Assembly (NCBI GenBank): GCA_012729815.1
Contig: JAAYCJ010000014.1
Location: 1,043 to 65,042, forward strand
Length of the DNA: 64,000 nt
Direction: 5' to 3'
Origin: Phycisphaerae bacterium
GTDB taxonomy: Bacteria; Planctomycetota; Phycisphaerae; JAAYCJ01
This document shows positions 56,945 to 64,000 of the stretch, piece by piece. The notes below the pieces were generated by a model, which was not told where the DNA came from, did not search any database, and was given only the letters and a program-made list of their open reading frames with translations. Positions within the stretch are counted from its first letter, which is position 1; every line of letters starts with the position of its first letter. The position numbers were made by a program, and so were the translations under genes.

Positions 56945-58666
56945 ATGCGGTACTTGACCATTGCGACGGCTTTAATGATGCTGATGTCGGCTTCCTCGGC
57001 ATGGGCCAAGACGATCTACCGGACCTCCTTCGAAAACGAAACCCTCGCCGGAAACGTCACCACCGAAGCCATGGCCGAAGACCCAGCCCTGCAAAAGGAA
57101 ATGGCCGGCCGCTGGCGGGCCGTGGCCTGGGGCGTGCCCGAGGCCACCACCGACGCCTCCAGCATCGTCGCCGATCCCAGCGCTCCGGACGGCAAGCAGG
57201 TCGTCGAGGTCCACCACCAAATCAACCAGATCAGCGCGGTGGTCATGCAGTTGGACACCAAACAGCTCGTGCCCGGCCGATGGTACCGGGCCGACGGCAA
57301 GATCCGCACCGAAGGCCTTCGGGGCCAGGGCTGCCACCTGAACCTCGAGTACTGGATCGGCGGCAACGGCAGCGGGTCGGTCGACTCCGAACACCTCGTG
57401 GGCGACAACGGCTGGACCGACGCTTCGGCGGTCTTTCAGGCCCCCAACTCGCAGTACAACCTGAACCTGAGCTTCTTCGTCCTCGGCGGGCCGGGCAAAG
57501 CCTGGCTCGACGACGTGCGCGTCCGCCAGATCGAAAAACCCGCCTTCGACCAGTCCAAACGCCGTGTCCTCGACGGGTCGTTCTGGGGCATGTTCACCTG
57601 CTTCCCGATGTACCTCCACCAGTACGGCAAGGACATGAAGGAGGCCGGCGTCTACTGGCAGCGTCAGGGCTCAGCAGCCCTGAACGAGCACCAGCAGGGC
57701 TTGGCCCAGCAACTGGGCATGGCGTTCGAAATGTGCCTCGACGGCACGCCGCCGGCCAGCGACCGCGAAGGCGACGAGCAGAACCTCGAAGCCGGCTGGC
57801 CGGGCTACGAAAAATGGGTGGCCCAATGCCTCGAACAGGCCGGTCCGGCCATCCGGATCATCGAGGTGGCCAACGAGCCCAACACCCACGTTCAATGGAC
57901 GCTGCCGGGCTACGCCGAACTGCTGTGCCGCGTCGGCAAAATGGTCAAGGAGCACAAGTCGCAGATCGCCTTCGCCACCGGCGGGTTCACCTCGCCCCAG
58001 ATCGGCTATACCGAGGCCTGCCTGAAGCGCGGGGCCGACAAGGTGCTCGATATCGTCCTGATCCATCCCTACGCGGTCGATGAGGCCCTCGACAGCCAGC
58101 TCTTCGCCCTTGGCGACGCCTGTGCCCGGGCCGGCCGGCCCGACCTGGCCGTCGCCATCAACGAGACCGGCTTTCCCACCTGGGACCCCGCCACCGGCCA
58201 TCCGGTCAACGCGTGGTTCGTCACCGAGAAGGACCAGGCCGCCAAGGTCGTCAAACTCCACGTCCAGGCCCTCGCTCACCAGTGCAGCTTCGTCACGTAC
58301 CTGGGCTGGAACGACTTCGCCGAACCCAAGTCCGACCAGGCCATGAACATGGGCCTGGTGCGGGTCGACGGTTCGCCCAAGCCGTCATGGCACGCCTACC
58401 GCTTCATGACCGCGACCGTCGCCGACCGCCGCCAGGTCGATTGGTCCTACGCCGACAACGGCGCCCGCGTCTATCGCCTCGCCGGTGAAAAACCGCTCTG
58501 GATCTGCTGGAACGCCCTCCGCGAAAGCGACGTGACGATCGACACCGGCGACGTCCAGGTCTTCCCCTGCGACATCTACGGCGTCAAGCAGACCGTCGAG
58601 CCGGTCGCCGGCAAGGTCACCGTCAAAGCCGCTGACGAACCGATATACCTGGTTCCGGTTCCCTAG
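56945..58666 (+). CDS. Secreted clan GH-A (GH5-like) glycoside hydrolase with an N-terminal CBM4/9-like beta-sandwich
   Basis: Start re-called to the signal peptide MRYLTIATALMMLMSASSAWA. Motifs IIEVANEPN and INETGFPTW. The N-terminal 200 aa are beta-rich and CBM-like. Confidence 0.55.
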   Translation: MRYLTIATALMMLMSASSAWAKTIYRTSFENETLAGNVTTEAMAEDPALQKEMAGRWRAVAWGVPEATTDASSIVADPSAPDGKQVVEVHHQINQISAVVMQLDTKQLVPGRWYRADGKIRTEGLRGQGCHLNLEYWIGGNGSGSVDSEHLVGDNGWTDASAVFQAPNSQYNLNLSFFVLGGPGKAWLDDVRVRQIEKPAFDQSKRRVLDGSFWGMFTCFPMYLHQYGKDMKEAGVYWQRQGSAALNEHQQGLAQQLGMAFEMCLDGTPPASDREGDEQNLEAGWPGYEKWVAQCLEQAGPAIRIIEVANEPNTHVQWTLPGYAELLCRVGKMVKEHKSQIAFATGGFTSPQIGYTEACLKRGADKVLDIVLIHPYAVDEALDSQLFALGDACARAGRPDLAVAINETGFPTWDPATGHPVNAWFVTEKDQAAKVVKLHVQALAHQCSFVTYLGWNDFAEPKSDQAMNMGLVRVDGSPKPSWHAYRFMTATVADRRQVDWSYADNGARVYRLAGEKPLWICWNALRESDVTIDTGDVQVFPCDIYGVKQTVEPVAGKVTVKAADEPIYLVPVP

Positions 58667-58675
58667 AGGTGCACG

Positions 58676-59422
58676 ATGAAAATCGCAAAAACCAGATCGT
58701 TTACGCTCATTGAACTGCTCGTGGTGGTCGCGATCATCGCCGTGCTGGTCTCGCTGCTGCTGCCCGCGCTCTCCGAGGCCCGCGAAATGGCCCGCCGCAC
58801 CGCCTGCGGGTCCAACCTTCACCAGATGGCCGTCGCAACGGTCATGTACGCCGGCGACAGCGACGACGTCATCCCAAGCGGCTTTATCGGCCAGAACATC
58901 GGCCTGTGCGTCGGATCGACCTGGGGCGGCGACGGCATGTTGCCCTACCCGCGCGATTTCGGCTGCCTGATCTACGAGCTCTACACCCGCGAAAAACTCT
59001 CCGCCGCGACCCTCTTTTGCCCCAGCTACGACGGGGCCGACAGGTCGGCCAGCGGCATCGAACAGGGCTTCGCCACGCCCGGCGGTTTCGCCCAGTGCAC
59101 CTATGAGGAACGCATCCCGTACCCGCCCGACGGATCGGGATGGAATATGGCCTCTCCGCCGCGGATTCACACCTTCCGCCTCAGCGACCTGGGCAGCGCC
59201 GCCATCCTCGCCGATGTCTTCTGCTACAGCTACTCGTGGAGCGCCCACCCCCGGACCTCCGCGTTTCCCGCCTTCGGCTACAATCCCGTCGGCGGATGGA
59301 ACGTCGCCTACGCCGACGGCGGCGTGGCCTTCGTGCCCATGGGACCCGAGTGCTCAGCCGGGCCGTACTGGTGGCCGCAGTATTTCTGCTACTGGACCTA
59401 CTTCGACGCAAATCGCCGCTGA
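58676..59422 (+). CDS. DUF1559 protein with a prepilin-type N-terminal cleavage/methylation domain
   Basis: N-terminus [25 protein letters not shown]; C-terminal motif [18 protein letters not shown]. Confidence 0.85.
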   Translation: MKIAKTRSFTLIELLVVVAIIAVLVSLLLPALSEAREMARRTACGSNLHQMAVATVMYAGDSDDVIPSGFIGQNIGLCVGSTWGGDGMLPYPRDFGCLIYELYTREKLSAATLFCPSYDGADRSASGIEQGFATPGGFAQCTYEERIPYPPDGSGWNMASPPRIHTFRLSDLGSAAILADVFCYSYSWSAHPRTSAFPAFGYNPVGGWNVAYADGGVAFVPMGPECSAGPYWWPQYFCYWTYFDANRR

Positions 59423-59491
59423 TTTCCCTTGCCGACCGCGATGGATGAGGGCACAATCCCCGAAAACTCTCCCTCTGGTTCGAGGTAGGCC

Positions 59492-61798
59492 ATGACGGAC
59501 TTTCACTGGATCGACGCAACGTCGGAGCTTGCGATCATCGACCCCAAGCACCCCACCTACCTGCCGCTCTGCGGCAACCGGTGTTGGGCACTCGTTCCCA
59601 CGAGCCTCGATGGCTACGCCTACCTGGTGAACCTCCAGATCTGGATGCGGATCCTCAAGCGGTTCGGGCTCTACCTGGACGCGGGCGGCCGGCGCGGAAG
59701 TCTGCCGGAGGCGCTCGACGATCTGGAGACCTTCTACGGGGCCAACGTCCTTCGCCTGACCGGGCGAACCAATGGCCTGGCCGTCGAGATCAAGGTCTAT
59801 CCCGACGCCGAGGCACCGCTACTCTACCTGACCCTTGAAGCGGCCAACCACACCGGTCAGGAGCGATCGCTGGCTGCGGTCCTGGCCGCGGATTTCGAGT
59901 TCCATCCCGCCCCGTGGGCGGCCAAGGGGTTCACCGAAGACGCCACCAACGACTATTCGGACGCCGGCCGTAAGCTCAATCCGCCGCACGACGACCGCCT
60001 CGACGTCTCGGATGACGGAGCCGTCGTCTGCGTCTCGGATTCGCGAAATCCCGGCCTTGGCTTTCTTGCCGGACCGACGCCCGCCGGTTGGACCCTGGAC
60101 CGGACGAAGTTCAGCTTCGAAACCCCGATCGGCGGTCATCGGCCGCTCCGCGCAGCGGACATGGACAAGAGCTTCGAACTCACCGGCGAGACGCACAGCG
60201 ACGACAGCTTCTGTGCCCTGCGCCATGAGCTGCGGATACCAGCCGGGAGCAAAGCGCGATTGACGTTCGCCTTCGGTCATCAGGAGCAGCGCGACCTCCC
60301 AGCGATCCGGCAAACCCTCGCCGACGCGGACGGAGCGCTCGAACGAACGTCGCGATTCTACGGCGAGTCGCTGGCCAACGGCGTCAAACTCACCACGCCC
60401 GACCCGGTGATCAACGCCCAGTTCAACCTCAACAACGTCTTCATCAAACTCAACGAACACCACTGCGGCGCCAAACGCAGCTTTGTGCCCGCTCCCCATT
60501 ACCACAACTGGCTCTGCGGGGATATGTTCTTCACCGCCATGGGCTACGCCTACGCCAATGACATCGCCGCGTTCCGCGAGGGCATGGACATGTTCCGCCG
60601 ATTCCAGCACGCCGACGGGTTCATCCCCGACCTGCCGCTCTGGACCGAGGGGCCGTCCTGGCGGGAACGACCGGGCCTGGCCATCGGCGGATGCTTCTGC
60701 TACATCACAGCCTACTGCCATCTGCTCAAGCTCACGCAGGACAAGAGCCTGGCCGCCGAGCTGTTCCCCTCGTTCCAGCAGGCACTGAGCGTCTACCGGG
60801 ATCTCGTGCGAGAAGGGCTCGTGGTGCCCGACGGCGATTTCGTCTTCGACTCCCTCGACTGGCCGTGCGGCTTTGGCCACTGCCCGCAGACCTTCATGTC
60901 GCTTCTCGTCTACAAGGCGCTGCTCGACCTGGCCGAGTTGGCCGAATGGCTCGGAAAGGCCGACTGCGCAGCCGAACTGCGGGCCGAAGGCGAGCAGCTC
61001 AAACATGCGATCAACGAGAAGGCGTGGATCGAGGAGCAGGGCCACTATCGAATCGGCTTGGCCACCGAACCGGTCGGCAAGGGCGAGGACGACCGCCAGC
61101 GCTTCACGCAAAAGACGATCTCCTGGAGTACGCTCATGGCGGTGGTCTGGGGCGTGGCCGAGGGGGCGCGAGGCGAAACGGCGCTGAAGACCGTGCGCCA
61201 GCGGCTCCTGACCCCTTACGGCATGAAATTCGCCGATCCGCCGTGGGAACCGGTCTATACCGACGCCAAGGGCGCAGCTACCTACGAGGCCGGCCGGGTC
61301 CAGAACGGAGGATACTGGCAGGCGTGGTGGTCCATCCCCACCTTCGCGGGCGCCCAGATCCTGCTCGGGCAGACCGAGCAGGCCTTCGCCGACTTTCTCG
61401 AAGTCCGCCTCGATCGACTCTACGAACGCTTCACGCTGAGCGAGAAGGGACGCACCTGCCGCTTCCTGACGATCGGCGAGTGGATCGACACGGACCTGAC
61501 CTTCCCGATCACCTCCGTGCCCTACGCGGTGACCTGCGGGCTGCACAACCAGACGCTGATCGAATCCTTCGTGGGCGTCCAGGTCGGCTACGACAGCCTC
61601 ACCATCGACCCGCACCTGCCCGCGGCGTGGGACCGGGTCGACCTGAAGAACCTGCGGGTAGGCGACTCGACCTGGAACATCGAGATTCGCGGGCGCGGCC
61701 GCCTCGCCAGGGTCACCGTCGACGGATCGCAACGGCCGTCCAACCGCATCCCGATCACGCCCGGCGAACACGCGGTGCGGGTGGACCTGGAGCCGTGA
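59492..61798 (+). CDS. Six-hairpin (alpha/alpha)6 glycoside hydrolase, GDE_C / GH63 / GH78-like
   Basis: The segment HNWLCGDMFFTAMGYAYANDIAAFREGMDMFRRFQHADGFIPD resembles the GDE_C/amylo-alpha-1,6-glucosidase family core. 768 aa; family assignment is tentative. Confidence 0.45.
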   Translation: MTDFHWIDATSELAIIDPKHPTYLPLCGNRCWALVPTSLDGYAYLVNLQIWMRILKRFGLYLDAGGRRGSLPEALDDLETFYGANVLRLTGRTNGLAVEIKVYPDAEAPLLYLTLEAANHTGQERSLAAVLAADFEFHPAPWAAKGFTEDATNDYSDAGRKLNPPHDDRLDVSDDGAVVCVSDSRNPGLGFLAGPTPAGWTLDRTKFSFETPIGGHRPLRAADMDKSFELTGETHSDDSFCALRHELRIPAGSKARLTFAFGHQEQRDLPAIRQTLADADGALERTSRFYGESLANGVKLTTPDPVINAQFNLNNVFIKLNEHHCGAKRSFVPAPHYHNWLCGDMFFTAMGYAYANDIAAFREGMDMFRRFQHADGFIPDLPLWTEGPSWRERPGLAIGGCFCYITAYCHLLKLTQDKSLAAELFPSFQQALSVYRDLVREGLVVPDGDFVFDSLDWPCGFGHCPQTFMSLLVYKALLDLAELAEWLGKADCAAELRAEGEQLKHAINEKAWIEEQGHYRIGLATEPVGKGEDDRQRFTQKTISWSTLMAVVWGVAEGARGETALKTVRQRLLTPYGMKFADPPWEPVYTDAKGAATYEAGRVQNGGYWQAWWSIPTFAGAQILLGQTEQAFADFLEVRLDRLYERFTLSEKGRTCRFLTIGEWIDTDLTFPITSVPYAVTCGLHNQTLIESFVGVQVGYDSLTIDPHLPAAWDRVDLKNLRVGDSTWNIEIRGRGRLARVTVDGSQRPSNRIPITPGEHAVRVDLEP

Positions 61799-61959
61799 TC
61801 GGTCCGGGTCTGGTCGGTGTGGGCTATGCAGTTTTCAAACATCCGCAGCGGGAAAAGTCCCACTGCATGATAAAGATACCACAACAATTCGGGGGCGAAA
61901 AAACGGCCCTCCAAGACCGGCAATAGAAACGGCGCAGGAATCCCTGCAGAAATTGCAGG

Positions 61960-62667
61960 TCAATCCTCGGGGTTTCGCGTCATCTGTCCCGGCTGCCAGT
62001 CAACAAACCACCTGGCGTGGCCGTCGCCGAACAGGATATCGTGCCCGTCGCGGTGGGGGCCCTTGGCCGCTGCGTTCTGATAATACCACAGCGCGCCCCG
62101 GCCGTTGGGGTCCCAATCGGCTCCGCCCCATTCGTCCGATGGGTCGATGTCCCTGTACATGCCGTTGCCGGAGGTGGTCTTGATCGGCTGATCGTTGAGC
62201 AACACGAAACGGTCGGTGTAGAGCACCTGGTCCGGCCGCAACACGTTCCGCTCGCCGCCCATGTACGCCACCCCGTCGTTGCCCGCCAGCCAGTTATAGC
62301 AGTAGCTGATATCGCAGTCCAGCCGCACCAGCACCGGACAGTCGTAGACCTCCTTGATGTGGTGGTAGGGCAGCAGGGCGACCGCAAAGCCCAAATCGTC
62401 CCGCAGGGCCATGTTCGGATCGTGCAGGTACTCATCCCAACTCGTCTGCTTGCCCGTCACCGAGATCGGATAAACAACCCACTTCTCAGCGTACATGCCC
62501 AACGCCAGCCCGATCTGCCGCAGATTGCTCAGGCACGCCGATTGCCCCGCGCTCGCCCGGGCCTCGCTCAACGCCGGCAGCAGCAAGGCGGCCAGAATGG
62601 CGATGATCGCCACCACCACGAGAAGTTCAATCAGGGTGAAACCCATTTGCCGACTGATGGTCGTCAC
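61960..62667 (-). CDS. DUF1559 protein with a prepilin-type N-terminal cleavage/methylation domain
   Basis: N-terminus [26 protein letters not shown]; C-terminal motif [10 protein letters not shown]. Confidence 0.85.
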   Translation of the reverse strand: MTTISRQMGFTLIELLVVVAIIAILAALLLPALSEARASAGQSACLSNLRQIGLALGMYAEKWVVYPISVTGKQTSWDEYLHDPNMALRDDLGFAVALLPYHHIKEVYDCPVLVRLDCDISYCYNWLAGNDGVAYMGGERNVLRPDQVLYTDRFVLLNDQPIKTTSGNGMYRDIDPSDEWGGADWDPNGRGALWYYQNAAAKGPHRDGHDILFGDGHARWFVDWQPGQMTRNPED

Positions 62668-62746
62668 GTTCTTGCCTCCCGACGCATCCTTGGCTATCCT
62701 CTCTTACCATCGATACCGTAACGGATTTCGCGAATATTCGAACAGG

Positions 62747-63526
62747 ATGGTCTCGATGCGGATCGAACGGATGACGCACGCCGGATTAGATGGCTTTCCG
62801 GAGGTCCTGCGGGTTGATTACCGCAGCCCGAAGGACGGGTACGCCGACTGGACCCTCGTCCGACCGTCCGAGCGGGCCGAGCTGTGGGTCGTCTGCCTCC
62901 ACGGCCATGGGTCGCACGGCGATCAGCTCTACACCCGGCCCGACATCCGCGACTGGTGGCTAAGCCGGTTTCTCCAACACCGTGTCGGCATCCTCACCCC
63001 CAACCTCCGCGACAACGCCTGGATGGGCCCAGCCGCCGCTGCCGATCTGCACGAACTGCTGGCCTGGACCCGCAACCAGTATCGCGTCAAACGGTTCCTC
63101 TTCTTCAGCGGCTCGATGGGCGGAACCGGCAACCTGATCTACGCCGTCCTGCATCCCGACGACGTGGCCGCAGCGGTTGCATTGGGCGCAGCGTCCGACC
63201 CGGCTTCGTACCGCCGGTGGTGCCGAACCCAGCAGGGCGGCGTCGTTCACGAGATCGCCGACGCCATCGAAGAATCCTACGGCGACCACGCCGACCTCTA
63301 CCACCGCCATTCGCCGCTCAAGCACGCCTCAAAACTGACCATGCCCGTCTACCTGGCCCACGGCGCCGATGACGCGATCATCCCCGTCGATCAGTCCCAG
63401 CGTCTGGCCAACGCGATGGCCGGACGCCCCAACTTCATCTACCGCGAAATCCCTAGCGGCGATCACGACTCGCCCCTGGCCGACGGCGATGCCTTCGACT
63501 GGGCGATAGCGCGGCTGGAGGCCTGA
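62747..63526 (+). CDS. Alpha/beta-hydrolase fold esterase/lipase
   Basis: Nucleophile elbow GSMGG; HGXGSHGD near the N-terminus. Start re-called to MVSMRIERM (listed ORF 62495 is upstream). Confidence 0.65.
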   Translation: MVSMRIERMTHAGLDGFPEVLRVDYRSPKDGYADWTLVRPSERAELWVVCLHGHGSHGDQLYTRPDIRDWWLSRFLQHRVGILTPNLRDNAWMGPAAAADLHELLAWTRNQYRVKRFLFFSGSMGGTGNLIYAVLHPDDVAAAVALGAASDPASYRRWCRTQQGGVVHEIADAIEESYGDHADLYHRHSPLKHASKLTMPVYLAHGADDAIIPVDQSQRLANAMAGRPNFIYREIPSGDHDSPLADGDAFDWAIARLEA

Positions 63527-63538
63527 GCCGCTTCGCCG

Positions 63539-64000
63539 TCAGCGCCGATAAATCCGCCCGACAAACGTCTCCGCCCGCTCCATCGGAATCCGCACCCGGC
63601 CCTCTCGCGAACCGTACGTCTTGTCGCTGAAAAGGTCCGTGACCCGAAACTCAGCCGGAAGGCTGATCGTCTTCTCGCCGGTGGTCTTGGCGTGGATGCC
63701 CACAAAATCGCCGTTGGTGTACAGGCAATCGTCGGTATCGAGAACGGGCCTGATCCCCGCCCACCCGAGGATGCCGCGAAGAACCGGGTCGGGCAGCATC
63801 GGCCCGCACACCACCACGCTCTTCCAGTCGCCAAAGTCCCCCGCCGCCATCGCCGCTTGGCCGGTAGGGCGGTTGACCCCAAGAATCGTCGCCCGCGGAT
63901 CGGTCATGCGAAACTGCGGACAAACCCGCGCCAGATCGCCCTGCGTTCCCGGATCGTCCTGAACCGTCGTCCCGAAATCGCCCAGATCCACGCCGCGCAG
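63539..64000 (-). CDS. Hypothetical protein; 5' end lies beyond the window
   Basis: The frame stays open to the window edge and the composition is natural; no family recognised. Confidence 0.4.
   Translation of the reverse strand: MRGVDLGDFGTTVQDDPGTQGDLARVCPQFRMTDPRATILGVNRPTGQAAMAAGDFGDWKSVVVCGPMLPDPVLRGILGWAGIRPVLDTDDCLYTNGDFVGIHAKTTGEKTISLPAEFRVTDLFSDKTYGSREGRVRIPMERAETFVGRIYRR

Overview
This is a high-GC (~65%) chromosomal segment with Planctomycetota-style content. Four genes are of the DUF1559 type (prepilin-like N-terminal methylation domain, H-X9-DG C-terminus); there is a PEP-CTERM protein, a dense run of secreted glycoside hydrolases with LacI regulators, and many long GC-driven antisense ORFs that are not genes. 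I count about 42 credible protein genes plus rnpB (RNase P RNA, type A, minus strand), which has a recognisable promoter and a hairpin/U-tract terminator. Core functions present are polA, parB, lpxD, a reversed-order HldE-like heptose enzyme, a MoxR-DUF58-transglutaminase operon, and a CheB/CheR-PAS fusion next to a PAS histidine kinase. The most interesting signals are: (1) repeated LacI-DUF1559-glycoside hydrolase modules, my best candidate for an undescribed system; (2) two tandem surface proteins made of InlB-B-type repeats, one fused to a cyclophilin; (3) a candidate glycan-assembly operon (mutarotase-like, DUF4416-like, WecA-like transferase, Wzy_C ligase with a TPR tail); (4) a decayed radical SAM/SPASM gene with an in-frame TGA plus a frameshift, flanked by copies of a ~90-bp hairpin repeat family; (5) a diverged ~150-bp duplicate of the polA 3' end on the far side of a lipoprotein gene, with an AT-richer spacer; and (6) an SDR gene with a 1-nt frameshift. 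Coordinates taken from the ORF track are exact. Coordinates for RNA, promoter and repeat features were placed by hand and are within about 2 nt.
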